Below, one piece after another: positions 12,010 to 25,404 of a stretch of DNA of 64,000 bases. The position numbers were made by a program, and so were the translations under genes. This DNA comes from Asterias rubens. Lineage: Eukaryota. Where the stretch lies: assembly GCF_902459465.1 (NCBI RefSeq), contig NC_047072.1:11966001-12030000 (forward strand), in the 5' to 3' direction. The stretch's first letter is position 1. Each line of letters starts with the position of its first letter. The notes under the pieces were generated by a model, which made no database searches, was not told where the DNA came from, and worked only from the letters and a program-made list of their open reading frames with translations.

Positions 12010-14353
12010 ATGGTTATCAAATTCTATTTCTCCACCATTACATCGACGTTAGAGGTAGGTTCGTTGTTGATTTTACGCGAACAGTGTTTCTAATATTGTT
12101 TTCTATTCCCTCTCATGTGAAAAGTGACGACGATGCAAACGACGGGGAGCTCTCAACCATCGGTCTCTCCTCTCCGTTGCATTGCATGCAGTCAGTTTTT
12201 TTCCCCAGTGCATCCATCATTGCAACTGCACACATGTAACGGAGACAGGCGGTCAGATAAATGCAGACTGTCATTGCATTTTTTTCATTTTGTTTAACCT
12301 GTAGTTCTACCTCCATCCATGTTTTAACGATCAGTGTTCAAAATTTTAAACGGCTGTTCCGGGCTGCTTTAGTTAAGCAGAAAATATTGCTTAATTAAAT
12401 TTTTTGCGAAGCAAAAATTATCAGTAATCAGATTCAGGGACAGATTCAGGTCAGGGCAAGCACAGATGTAGATGACATTGACAGACAGTCCACTCCAGCC
12501 ACATTGTTATGTGACTGATGTGGAATGACTGTCTGTCTAGGTATTCTGATTTTAAAATGAGAAATGGTCAATATTGGCTGAAGCATAATTTTGTTTTGTA
12601 AATGTTTACAAGCATAATTTTGTTGTGTGCTTATCTATTTTCTGTGAAATGGGTGTGATGACATGTTAAATGTATGTATTACACTAATTGATATTAATTA
12701 TAAGGGAATAAGACTGAGAGTACTGACTCTGTCTTGAACATTCGTTTAAAACCGGCAGTTGCGGCTCATTGCTGCATGCTGCAACCATGTAAGGTTTTAA
12801 TGACTGGGGAAATACTATTTATTCCCATTTATAAATGCCCTTTTATTTATGTTAAAAAGCGTAAGTAATACTGATGGAAAATCTGTCAAATATTTAGCTT
12901 TTCTGGTTTGCAAACTGATCACTAGTCATAGTCATACATAGTGTGTTCTTTGCGCATGTTCTTTGATTCCGAAAAATTTCTTTTGGAGCGTTTCAAGTGG
13001 CAAGGCAGTGAACAGGGCTCAATTTCATAGAGTTGCTTAAGCAACAAAATCCTTGCTTAGTAAAATCAGATTACCGGCCAAGACTCCACTCAATTGTTAT
13101 GCTAAGTGAACAACAGCTAAATACCAGCCACAAGCAATGTGTATGGCCTGAGATTTTGGCCAGTAACATTTGAAAACAAGCAAGCTATTTTCGTGCTTAA
13201 GCAAGTTTTTTTGCTTAAGCAGCTCTATGAAATTGGCCCCAGGCTGTTGTTTTGATGCTAGCCCTGGTAGGACGTTAGTCAGTGCCACTGCACTTGTATG
13301 CAACAGAGGAGTCCAACCTGGGCTATTTTGATGCATGCTGTCTGAATAGAGGTTCAGAGCTTTGCAGCTGACACAGTATCTCGGATAGTTTTGAAAGATT
13401 GTAACCACATCTTTTCCTCGTCTGATGCAGATGGAGAAAAATCAACGGAAGATTGATTTTGTTCTGTCTTCCAAAGGGTATGATCTGGAAAAGATTGACA
13501 TAGCCACAAACCAAGAGGCAAAGCACAAGATGAGAGAATTGTTGAACAACCCTAAAGCCTTGCCGCCTCAAATCTTCAACGACGATGTTCATTGTGGGGT
13601 AAGGCGAACTCTTAAGGAAATTTTAAATTACATTAAAATTAATTTAACTGTGTTTGCCTCTGAAAGCTCATTAGGTAAACAGTTGGCACTGCTGAACTGA
13701 AAAATATTCCATCAGAAATGTTGTCATCTTTGGGAACACCTAGTAAAGCATGGACAATGGAACATGGAAGAAGCAAATATCCTTATAGTATATACTGTGG
13801 CTGTGCCGAGATGTAGAACAAAGAGCTACTCCAGTAGCTTTTTCCCTCGTAGTGCATCTCTGTGGAACTCCTTGCCTGGTGCATGTTTCCCTTAATCCTA
13901 TGATCTGAGAGGAATGTCAACTCCTAATTCCTACCTTCAGCTCCACTGAGTTTCTGCATACGGGTCTTTGTTTTCTTCCTTGTAGCCCTTAACCTAGAGT
14001 GGCATTTAGCCTTGTTTTGGGCAACTTGCATAGTAAAAAAAAGAAAAAAAGAAATATGGATCCTAAGTTCCAAAGTGGCGAATATCTTTTGTACATTATA
14101 TTACTTTTAGATGTGGTTATCTGAGTGCAATTAGCTTCTTTTTTAGTCTAGTGCAGTTAGCGAAGAATGGTGATCGTATAAAAAACACAGAATTCAGGGG
14201 TAAGCGGAGCCATGAAATTTGACCAAGATCATTTTCTTATTAATCAGTTAATAATTTCATATTTTTTTTGTCTTGTTTTCATTTTTGTAGGACTTTGATG
14301 CCTTTGATGCTGCTGTCGAGAATGAGACACTGGATGAATTCCTCAAGCTGTAG
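12010..14353 (+). CDS. SH3BGRL: SH3BGR-family thioredoxin-fold protein, copy A (91 aa). Exons 12010-12054, 13431-13598, 14291-14353
   Basis: MVIKFYFSTITSTLE|MEKNQRKIDFVLSSKGYDLEKIDIATNQEAKHKMRELLNNPKALPPQIFNDDVHCG|DFDAFDAAVENETLDEFLKL*. Family motif LPPQIFN...CGD; phase-0 GT-AG introns. Confidence 0.92.
13790..14052 (+). mobile_element. CR1/L2-group LINE 3' end in SH3BGRL-A intron 2
   Basis: Translates YTVAVPRCRTKSYSSSFFPRSASLWNSLPGACFP, a typical ORF2 C-terminus, followed by a 3' UTR and A-rich tail. Confidence 0.8.
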
Positions 14354-14589
14354 AGTCGTTTCTTCGGCATCGGGAATGAAAAACCGTCATCCTTCTAAAG
14401 GAATTTCTTACTAACCCAACTCTAACAGCTCAGAATCTTCCCAAAATTCATCTGTTGCTTTTGTTCCATTTTGGTTCATAGCACTCTGCTCTAATGACGT
14501 CACTTTTGCTCAAAACACAGATGTCGGACACAAATTTGAGAACTCACGTGATCACCACATGGCATTGGGCTGGCATGACAGCAGTAGTA

Positions 14590-14941
14590 TAGTCACACAC
14601 AAAAAACTGCACTTTATACAGTGCACTCACCTACAAATGCAAAAACGGATCAGCACCAGACTATCTCCAGGATTTAATTCAACACTACCACCCTCCGCGA
14701 ACACTTCGTTCCAGTTCAAAAGGTCTTCTCATAGCAGCTCCAGTTCACACGAAGTTCTACGGTCAACGTTCCTTCCAATATGCTTCACCTAGACTATGGA
14801 ACTCTCTTCCCAACAATCTCAAAGACTGTGCCACACTAGAACAATTTAAATCACGACTTAAAACCCATCTCTTCAATCACAGAAGCGCTTAGAGACTTTA
14901 TTTTGTATTATGCGCTATTTAAGAACTGTTTATTATTATTT
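14590..14941 (+). mobile_element. L2 LINE 3' end
   Basis: Translates LTYKCKNGSAPDYLQDLI...YGQRSFQYASPRLWNSLPNNLKDCATLEQFKSRLKTHLF, then GCGCTTAGAG..ATGCGCTATTT..(TTA)n tail. Confidence 0.88.
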
Positions 14942-16962
14942 ATCGAAAAGAGAAGGGGTTTGCCCTGGTGTTCCTAGTCCGATTGGCTGCATATTGTGCC
15001 ACAGCACCTTTTAAACTACATTACATGGTTCTTTGGATGGATGGGAGAAGGTATACTTCAAAAATGTAGCTCCACAATACCTTGCAGGAAAATGCTGTAT
15101 GTTGAAACGCCTTCAGCGTGACTGAGTGACAGTTATATGAGCGCTATATACACAAAGCCACTTCCATAATTGTTATTACTGTCTGCCAAACGAGTAAGAA
15201 TAAAGCTTGGACGTCTGCGAGCATGTATGTTTGTGGAATTTTGCATGTTGTCTAAGATCTGGGTTCTGAACTTCCATTTTTTAGCAATAGTGCGGAGTGC
15301 TACTGGACCAAACCAATCGTGGATGCTTGGGCCTAACATACCAATCTTGTCAGAAGTCCAACAGTTAAGGTGTTGAGACACCTTAAAATGTATTATTTTG
15401 TAGGAAAAACCTTCTGAAATGCTTCTTGCCAATCGAACTTTAAGGGTTAACAAAAAAAACCCAGCATTATCAAGTAACATAATTTTACTTTATTTATTGA
15501 GATATATACTTCCAGCCACGGCCCAATTTCACAAAGCCTGTGAGCAGACATTTTCTGCTTATGGAGTGGCGATTAGCAGAATCTCTTTTTTCATAAACAC
15601 TGCTGAGCATAAAGAGAGTAAGATGCATTCTAACTAGAGGCAGAGTGAGTGACACTACAATCTAAATCCACTGTGGACCACCCACGTCACAGCTCCTCAT
15701 TATCCATGAAATACACATTTGCTGACACATTTTGGCATGTATGGCTTCACATAGTTTTCCAACTTTGGTAGGCAAAAACTTGCCCTTTCAATAGAAAGAT
15801 CCACTGTGTTCACACAGTGTAATTATGCAGTTTGGTCACATACATGTTGGAACCAGACTATGTTTTTGACCCCAAGCCTCACTTTGAATCTCATAGCAAA
15901 AGCAATGGTTTAAAGGGACAGTTACAATGGCTGCTGCATGATTGTTAATGAGGAATTAATTGCTGTATATTTTTACACAAAAAGGCTGGACTACTCCATT
16001 TGCCTTAGGGGTTGTTCGCAGTTTTCTGCACAGTTAGATACTACTCAAATTATTTATTAGGCTTTTAATCATGTGTAATTTACATGCTATTTTTGTGTAG
16101 TTGGCTTGTTGTATTCATCGAGCGAAACAAAACAACTTCTTATCAGATGTATGCAAGCAAGTTTTTTTCCCCAAGTTCAACAGAATCATAGAGCTTTTAA
16201 GTACCGGACTTGTTTGCTAAACAGAAACTAAGTGGAAACCAGTCATAAACCATACAGGTTGCATTGAACTTTGGATGGTTACCAGTTCTACTTAACAGCA
16301 TTTTTCTGTGCTAAGCAACTGTGTGTGCATTAAACTAGCATAATTACAAAGAAATATTTGCAATCATGTTTTTCACATTCAAGTTATACATTTAGGTAAT
16401 AATTTATTCACCCAAAATGTTAGTTTTATCGTTTGTTTTCAAAATGTCTAAATTTGTTGCCAAAGGCTGTGACTGCAATTCTAAGTGTATTCAAACTTCT
16501 TGGACTAATGTTGGAGACCTTTTATTTAAAATAGCTGGGTCATTTCAGGCATTATTTTGTTCTTCAGTGCATAGATTGTTTATGAAACCATTCACTATTC
16601 AAACAAAAATTGGGATTGGTGGATTTAGAAAAAGAAAACAAATCAATGAAATAATTTAAGTTATGGGTCTCGGGTCTAGGATATAAAGTATTCACAGCAG
16701 CTACACCCTATTTATAAGAAATCATGGAATTGTAGAAATGTTTATAGCAATATTGTAAATTAGTTTTCTAGTCAAATAGTATTTAATAATATTATATATG
16801 TCAGATTTTTAGGAAGCCTTGTATGTAAAGCTCTTAATCAGTACTCTGAATTATGCAAATATAATTTCAGACGTTTGTGTCTTTGTGGACAATTGTTTTT
16901 GCTTGTTGATTTTATTTAAAGTCAAAGAATACCTTTGGTTACTGGAACCGTTCGCTTGTTAA

Positions 16963-17345
16963 AGGAACACGTTGCTTTGGATCGGTCGAGTTGGTCTTTA
17001 AAAAAACATTTGTAACCGTTTGTTATAAAATGCATATGATTAGAAAGATATTTTAAAAGTAGAATATAATGATCCACACAAGTATCATTCGAAATTGCGT
17101 GGTTTCCTTTTACTTCGTTCGTCGACTTAGTCGGCCATTTATTGGAGTCAAATTTTTTTCTTTCCATAAATGGCCGACTGTGTTAGTTCCCAAAGTAAAA
17201 GGAAATCCAAGCAATTTCGAGGCAAATTTGTGTGGATCATTGTATTCTACTTTTAAAACATCTTTCTAACCAAATGCATTTTAAAACAAACGGTTACAAA
17301 TGCTTTTCAAGGACCAACTCGACCGAGCCAAGGCAACGTGTTCCT
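16963..17345. mobile_element. Kolobok-type MITE, family D
   Basis: TTAA flanks; TIR AGGAACACGTTGC(C/T)TTGG.TCGGTCGAGTTGGTC. Confidence 0.85.
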
Positions 17346-18477
17346 TTAAAATCTGTGGACATTGTGTTTTGTGTTAAAAAAACAAAACAAATAGTGGTAT
17401 TCAGTATGTTTAAATGTTATTCTTTCATAGTGCTCATTTATTTATTGTTGCTGAAACTAATAGTGTGCAATCTCAAACACTCAAACCCCCTTTTGATAGA
17501 GAGAGAAAGGTAGAAGGCAAAATTTATATTTGTTTCAAAAACTTTTTCGTAAAAGTCCTTCCAAACTGTTTTGCTTCATTTGAAAATTTGCTTGATTTTG
17601 TTAACTTGTTTAGTGCTTGTTTTGGGCTAGGGGAAAAATAAATAATTTAAGTTGAAGTAGAAGTGAGTGATATTTTATTTGCCTTTTTTAGAGCATAGAA
17701 ATAGAATTTGCAATCACGAATGCATGAATTTATTGATTAAAATGACATTAAATATGTTCAAAATTAAGAAATTAAGTACCAGATTGTGCCGTGAATGCTT
17801 ATTTATGTACTGTGACTTGTTGACCCCAGAATTTACCCTGATTTTGTTTACACAAAAATTTATTTATTTATTTTTTTTGGTGGGGGTGGGGGGGGGGGCG
17901 GCTGTTCCCTTATTTTCTTGACCATAGTCTAATGTGATTGAGGATCTTGGATTTCAATTAGCATCAATCGATCAAAAAAGTATTGGTAAATTCACAGATG
18001 ATTTCTGTTGGTTCTTCATACATGACTTTGAGGAGAGTTTCAACAACATTTATTACAAGAATAAATCAATTTAATTTAATGAAGAAGAAGAAAAAATTCC
18101 TTTGTTTTTTTGCACAGAACTTGGGAAAGCACACAGTGCTTATATTTCACACATAAAAGGGTAAAACCAAAAAATAATAATAGGTTCAATGCACAAATTC
18201 CTTAGCCCAACAACAATTTACCCACTGGGGAATGGAAGCGCCCATCATCGAGGTCAGCCAGTGACCTCAAAAATAAATTACCATATCAAGTCTATAGGTC
18301 AAATAGTGGTTGTTTTGTTGCAGCAGTTTGGGGCACGGTCGTTTTTCACTTCACGCTCAACTAGTCCAGCTTTTTGTAGGTGTGGTGTGTGGATTCCGGA
18401 AGTTGAATTGAGCTGCAGTCAAGAATTACTAACATTTTGCCTTCATTTCTTCAAAGAGTCACATTTGTAACGCCACC

Positions 18478-21400
18478 ATGGGTATCACAGTGTACGTTTC
18501 GACGGTTTCGTCAAACGTGGATGTAGGTTTTACCGTTTAATTGAAGTGCTAGACTAGAATAGAGTGAACAAAAAATAAAACCAATGCCAAGAATGAAGGA
18601 GGGCAAAGCGCACTGACTCAGTCTTGGTGGTGTTCGGTCTGTTGTTGTCTTGTCGGGTTGTGTGTACGTGCACATTTTCCACAGTGCAGTTTACCCCAAA
18701 ATAAAAACATTGGGATAACATTCCGTATGGCGCCACCACTTTTTCACAAATTTTTACAAAAAAGGATATCTCATTGAGGTAAATTAGATACTATATGTAT
18801 TATTTCATATCAAATGAAAAAGTGGTGGCGCCATACGGAAACTTTTCCAAACATTGTTTCTGGTCGTATTTGAGTTTGCTTGAGTCATGATTTTAAATGT
18901 ATCCTGGTGTCATGTGTTTTCAGTCATATAGTCATCATGGTCATCATATTCATAGTCATAGGGGCCTACTCTCTCATTAGTCATATAGTCATATAGTCCT
19001 ACTTTCTAGGAGTGGAACAGTTTTGTTATCCTGCCATCACTTTTTCATTTGTTAGGATGTCTGAAATGAAATAATGTCTAATTTACTCACAATTATGAGA
19101 TATTCCTTTTTGTTATTAAAAATTACACATTAAAAAAGTAGCCATACACCTACTCCGGTTTCGTCCGCTATCGTCTCCCGTAGCGGGAGACGATAGCGGT
19201 CGGCTCCGAAATAGTTCTAGGAGTACCCAAAACCCAAGCATTATTTGTAAAGATTTCCGTATCCTGCCACTACTTTTTCACAAATTTTTACTAATTTATT
19301 AAAAGGAAGATCTCATAAAAAAAATTAAGTAAATAAGATCTAATCTTTTTCATAATGAATGAAAAAGTGGTGGCAGGATACATAGTTTGTTTCCAAAAAT
19401 GGGCGGGGCATATTAAGGGGAGAGTTGGATAAGTTGAGGCACTTTTGGGTCAAGTTGACATTAACGCTAATATCAGCAGGGGAGGGCCTATATGGTAAAT
19501 ATAGTGTCTTGATTGACCAATGCAGCCTGCATAGTGAGATGGGCAACAATACGCCTCTCTTAATTTGTATGCATGAAGTCGACTTCTTACCCAAAATGAG
19601 ACTATGGGCGCAAGTCCCCCATCACTTGCAGTGGCTGCGCTCATCGCCTCGTTTTGGGTTAGCATTGTGACGTACCTCATGCATAAATATTAAGAGAGGC
19701 GTATAGTGTCCAGAGTGCCTTTAAGGTGCAGTTTTCAAGGCTTATAACTTATATCCACACAATAAGTGTCATATCTTAAAAATTGTAGTTGGTCTTTTGT
19801 TACCTAACAAAAAATGGTTGAACTAAACACTTCTCATGTGGAATTCTTTAAAGTCACCTGGAAATAGATTTTTTCTTTCTTTCAAACATAAGAGTATATA
19901 CTTACGAACAATAAAACAATTTTTTTAGTAATTGTTTGTCACGATTTATATGTTTAAAAAGTATATAAAGTTGTTTGGGGGGCTGACTCCGCCTACCCCT
20001 TTTGTGCCGTCAATCGAGGCAGACTTTGCCTGAAATGCGTATAGTAAACACACGTGCAAAGTACATGTACGTCCAAGTCGTGAGTTGGTACATTTCAAAA
20101 AGTGTTTTTCTGCATTCAGCAGCAATACACCTGGTCGGCATTTTTTTTTAAACTTACAAACTCACGACTTGGTCCGTACATGTACTTGGCAATTGTGTTT
20201 ACTCTACGCATTACAGGCAAAGTCTGCCTCGATTGACGTCACGAACAGCGCCCTCTCGGGTCGGGGTCTACTCTTAAATTTGTAAATAACATAAGAACTG
20301 ATTTTTTAAAACCTTAGTTAACTGTTTATTCACATTCCACTCATCAAAACACATATATTAGTGACAAAAGCTTTATTTTGAAAAAATACCACTTCCAGGT
20401 GACTTTAACACCTACTTGTATAATAAATGTACATCTAGTGAGTCTAATTTGCTGTTCTTCTATTTCTATTCTGAAATCTATTTTGTAGATCAAAAAGCAA
20501 CAGCAGAGGATTAATATGATTTTATCCAGCAAAAAATTTGAGTTTGAAGAAGTTGACATCTCTTCGAGCGAAGATGACAAAGCAAGGATGAGAGATATTT
20601 GTAAGGATCCCAAAGCCCTGCCCCCGCAGATCACCAACGGTGACCAATATTGTGGAGTAAGTTATTTGACTTTAATTTTTTACTTTTTTTGTGTGTGCAT
20701 GTTTGCCTGTAAAAGGCTAAAAGCCACTCTTAGTTTTGGGGCTACAAGAAGACAAATTATTTAATGTGAAAAGAACTCAAGGGAGCCGAAGGTAGGAATT
20801 AATATTCCTCTTTAAAAAGTCTAGATTGTAGGATGGAGGGAAACATGCAGCAGGCACGGGGTTCCAAAGAGATGCAGTATGTGGAATAAAGATGTTGGTA
20901 ACCGGATTGCGACCAACCGATTGCCTCATTGGCCAAGTTTAATAAAGCTAAGAGCTTAAAAAGAAAACTGCTTAGCAAAGAAAAATGTAGTTTTGCAGAA
21001 GTTGGTTACTCGCACAAATCCATCTTGGATTAATAGGATTAATCCTATCTCGAGTTAGGACGAGTAACTTGTCCTAACTTGGACTGGGTTCAATGCGTCC
21101 TACGCCTTTGGATGTACCAAAATTAACTCGTCCTAAGTCCTAAGATTAAAGGACCACGTTGCCTTGGATCGGACGAGTTGGTCTATAAAAAGCGTTTGAA
21201 ACCGTTTGTTATTAAGTGTATATCGTTAGAAAGATGTTTTAAAAGTAGACTATAATGATCCACACAAGTATCATTCAAAATTACACGGTTTCCTTTTTAC
21301 GTCGCGAACTATCACGGTCGGCCATTTATGGGAGTCAAAATTTTGACCCCCATAAATGGCCGACCGTATTATTGGACGAGGTAAAAAGAAAACCACGCAA

Positions 21401-22221
21401 TTTCGAGGCATATTTGTGTAGATCATTGTATTCTACTTTTACATCATCTTTCAAAGACCAACTCGACCGCTCCAAGGCAACGTGTTCCTTTAATCCTAGA
21501 TTAGGAAGAGTTTGGTGAAATCGATGGCTGGGCACGATCAAAGGCAGATTGTATTCCTATTAAATAACTGTGTTTGGGGGCACAATTCTTGTTCCACTGG
21601 TCTGAACAAATGAACAGACGTTCACTGCAGCCGATTTCACGAAACCCTAGGATTAGTCCTATTTCGAGTTAGGACGAGTAACCCGTCTTAACTTAGGATG
21701 GGTTCAATGTGTCCTATCGTCTTTGGATACGGAACTGAACTCGTCCTACTTGTAAGTCCATCCCAAGTTAGGAAGAGTTTGGTGAAATTGACGGCTGGAC
21801 CCACATACTAAAGATTGAAGCATTCTGAAAATTTACACATGTGGAGATTACATGGTATTCAAAATCAAAGGATCAGGTTTTTGCGCACACAGTAGGATTT
21901 TGTGTGTGCACATTATATGGGTCCATAATAGTCTAAATCTGCCATTCCACACAAAATGTCAACCTCTGAGATTACCCACCCAGAAATCACTTCTATGAAA
22001 GAGTGATGTTTGCAGAATTGATCCACACATTTTGTAGTTATACAAAAAAAATGAAGCTGGTCTCTCCGCCAAAGCCCCTTGGCTGCTCCGAAAGTTAAAC
22101 TTGTTTATAACCTTTGTACTTATGAAACCCTTTGTTGTTATTGTTTTTGTTGCAGGACTTCGCAAAGTTTGAACTAGCCGTGGAGGATGAAATCCTGGAA
22201 GAGTTTTTGAAGCTTAAATAA
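18478..22221 (+). CDS. SH3BGRL: SH3BGR-family protein, copy B (92 aa). Exons 18478-18522, 20489-20656, 22156-22221
   Basis: Kozak GCCACCATGG. MGITVYVSTVSSNVD|IKKQQQRINMILSSKKFEFEEVDISSSEDDKARMRDICKDPKALPPQITNGDQYCG|DFAKFELAVEDEILEEFLKLK*. Same exon sizes and phases as copy A. Confidence 0.92.
18713..18848. mobile_element. 136-bp GG...CC MITE with 8-bp TSD AAACATTG (Merlin/hAT-like)
   Basis: TIR about 30 bp; exact 8-bp direct repeat at 18705-18712 and 18849-18856. Confidence 0.85.
19852..20404. mobile_element. Kolobok-type MITE (AGTCACCTGGAA TIR) in SH3BGRL-B intron 1
   Basis: TTAA at 19848-19851 and 20405-20408; inverted ends AGTCACCTGGAA / TTCCAGGTGACT. Confidence 0.8.
21150..21489. mobile_element. 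Kolobok-type MITE, family D, nested in another MITE
   Basis: TTAA flanks. Host (about 21020-21530) is homologous to the uninterrupted CAGCCGATTTCAC...GTGAAATTGACGGCTG element at 21629-21797. Confidence 0.85.
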
Positions 22222-23100
22222 TTCTCATATTTTCCCTCGGCATATAAAAACACAACTTTCTTTTTCATTTCATTCCTTAAGCAACACATTCCGCATGTCA
22301 TAAAGGTCGATGCAAGTCTTCTTTAAACGGGCCTGGATTTACACAAAGGTCACAGAGACCCCGACCTCATTTTCCCTGGCTTCCTTTGCCCCTCGTCTTG
22401 GCTGGCATTGGTGCCACTCCAAAAGTATCCCACAGACTTTCAGATTTTCCAGTGAAAGTGCCCTTAGCAAAATGAAAAGTGGCCTTGCCCTCTCAAAGAT
22501 GAAAGTTTCAGCAAAATGAGATGAAACTGTTGTGATGCAAGGAAGTTGGCCTTTAAAAAGCGCCCTCATGCGGTTAAAAAAAAAGAAGGTCAGTTACGTG
22601 TAGCTCTAATCAGGGGCATTGTGTATCATCATATATCAGGGGCCTAATTTATAGCGTTACTTAACAATAGGCAAATGTTGCTGCTAACTTTAACGGAAAA
22701 AATTGTGTATGCATATTTCCTAGGTTAGCAAGACAATTGGCAGCCAGCTTGCGCGTTCGCCATGGATTTGTCTTTAGTTACAGTAAGCACCAGAAGAATA
22801 GCATACCTATAGCACAAAAACTAGCTAGTAATTAAGTAGCTCTTTGAAGTTGGGAACTTCCCCTCCCTGGTAATTGCTGTATATTTTTTCAAAAGTTGTA
22901 TATTATGCTGAAGGTATCCTTACGTTTTATATTAGGTGCTTGGTTTTTTGTTTTCTTTTTTTTAATTGTCAAATTTTTAGTGTTTTGTCTCATATTTCGT
23001 ACTTATTCTTTAGGGGTAAAATATACATTTTTTACAACTTACTGTTAGTATCGAGTTGACCGAAATTTAGCTTTTTAATTAAAACTGCTTCATTCCTTAA

Positions 23101-23271
23101 GCTTGGTTCATACTTCCTGCGATTGGATTGCGAAGCGAATGTTGACGCACAAATTTGTAATGAATAATTCGCAGCAATTCAACTCTGCTCAACTCACTTG
23201 TGAAGATCGCTGCGAAAGGAGGGTTGCGACGTCAAATTCGCTTCGCATTCGCATGAAGTATGTACCGGGCT
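23101..23271. mobile_element. PIF/Harbinger-like MITE, family H
   Basis: TIR (A)GCCCGGTTCATACTTCCTGC; homologous to 37760-37947. Confidence 0.65.
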
Positions 23272-24020
23272 TTACTCTTATCATTACAAATTTTGTAACA
23301 TATTTACCCGACCGTCCCGGATCCTCACATAATCATCTTATTGTGCCGTATGATTTTGATGGGATTTGGTCCAGAGCTCTTACCCCCACCCACTCTTAGC
23401 GCGAGGTCAGGCAAACTTGTAGCTGTTGTTCTTACAAACCACGTCCGAAAGTTTTGGTTTATTTTTATGGATTTATTTTTATGGATTTATCTGACATTGA
23501 AAGGCAAGGGCTTGATTTTCACAAAGCACTATGATTTGTCTTCAAACAAATACCGCCGTAACTTTTTGTATTGTGATGTCACACTTTGCTTAATAGCAAT
23601 AGTTACACATCCCAAGATCAGGCTTAGGTCTTTGGGAAATCAAGTCCAGGAAGCTTAAAGATTCCTCTACTACTTCAAATAAAAACAGCTGATGAAGTAG
23701 AACAAAAGTAGGTTCACTTTCCTATGGCCACCTATTATCTTGAAATTGTTTGATAAAGTTTGAATGCTTTTACCGATCATAAAGATTACAACCTTTAATT
23801 ATTAATTTCATATATGGTGATTAAACCAATGAAATCTCAAAATTAACAGCTTGTTTGTGTTATTTACAGTTAAACTCACAGTATATTTCACTCAAGAAAT
23901 ACAATACGAGTGATATCAAGTAATGTTTGCAGGTAAATTGACTTGCTCAGTCACAACCGACTGTGTAAGTTTGAAATCTTTGGGGTTGAACAAACACAAA
24001 TTGACTACAGCCCCCAGATC

Positions 24021-24280
24021 AAAGATTATAGAGCACCGAAGGCGCAAGATACGGAACTCTGGCTGAAATTTGAAATCCCACCTGGCCGCCATTTCGGCAA
24101 GTAACTCTTTTGATACAACAATAGATCAGTGCAGATTAGTAGGACAATCCCCAATGACCATTCGTATCAATGGGAAACAAATCGTTCACTTGCTGAAATG
24201 GCGCTTATGTGTATTTCACGTTCAAACAATAGATAAAGCTCCAGTTCCGCATCTTGTGCCTTCGGCTCTCTAGAATCTTT
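24021..24280. mobile_element. MITE with about 38-bp imperfect TIR
   Basis: AAAGATTATAGAGCACCGAAGGCGCAAGATACGGAACT versus AGTTCCGCATCTTGTGCCTTCGGCTCTCTAGAATCTTT. Confidence 0.7.
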
Positions 24281-24773
24281 GCTCCTGACTTACGGCCAAT
24301 GCTCTGCCAACTGAGCTATCTAGCCATATGGCGGCAGTCTTCATAATATTATGTTTGGGGGTGCCAGTCAGAAGCCATTGAACATGTGACTGCTGTATAG
24401 CCAGGGATCACAACCAAGTTTGCAACATACAACTTAAATCGGTTTATTACTTAAAATATGAATTACTCAGACATTAGAGACAGATACTGCGTCACATGGT
24501 TCGGGACAATTTTTTGTATAGCAACCTCTAGCTGAGCAAACCCGAGAACCATAATATTGTGCCACCCAAATCATTGTAAAATGTGAGTGATTGTTTGCCA
24601 ACATCCATCCTACTACACAAAAGCTTACCATGACTCGTTTGACATAGCAACTGTATCTAGTCTCTCAGAGTTCATATTAAAATGAAATCTTGTGACTAAG
24701 CATGTTATTGTCCCAGACACGATTCAAATCCAACTTGCAAATAAATGCTTGGATACAACTATTTTCATTTTAA

Positions 24774-25153
24774 AGGCAGTGGACACTATTGGTAATTACT
24801 CAAAATAATTATTATCATAAAACCTTTCTTGATTACGAGTAATGGGGAGAGGTTGATAGTATAAAACATTGTGAGAAACGGCTCCCTCTGAAGTGACTTA
24901 GTTTTCGAGAAAGAAGTAACTTTTCCACGAAGTTGATTTTGATACCTCAGATTTAGAATTTGAGGTCTCGAAATCACACAACTACGTGTGACCATGGTGT
25001 GACAAGGGTGTTTTTTTCTTTCATAAATACTGCGCAACTTTGATGACCGATTGAGCTCAAATTTGCACAGGTTTGTTATTTTTTGCATATGTTGAGATAC
25101 ACCAAATGTGAAGAATGGTCTTTGACGACAATTACCAATAGTGTCCAGTGTCT
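24774..25153 (-). mobile_element. Kolobok-type MITE, family A
   Basis: TTAA flanks; reverse orientation relative to 7112-7515. Confidence 0.85.
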
Positions 25154-25404
25154 TTAAAACACTTAAGCTTTGAAGGGGGAAACAACCATTTCTCTATTAT
25201 CCATCACCAAATCTTTTGATTCAAGGCAGCTTAATTTTGGGGCACTCATGCCAAGACGAGGGCAACTGAGACCATTGCTTTTCTTGGTATTTTGGTGAAG
25301 TTCGAGGTTTGTGTACAAGCAATAGATCAAATAACATTTTGTGAAGACCAGTTTCCACAACCCAACATACACATGAAGTTACAAACCTGTCAACAGTATA
25401 AGAT

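Noticed and set aside
15133-15480. 115-aa minus-strand ORF
   Set aside because: No recognisable domain or coherent splice context; lies among repeat fragments.
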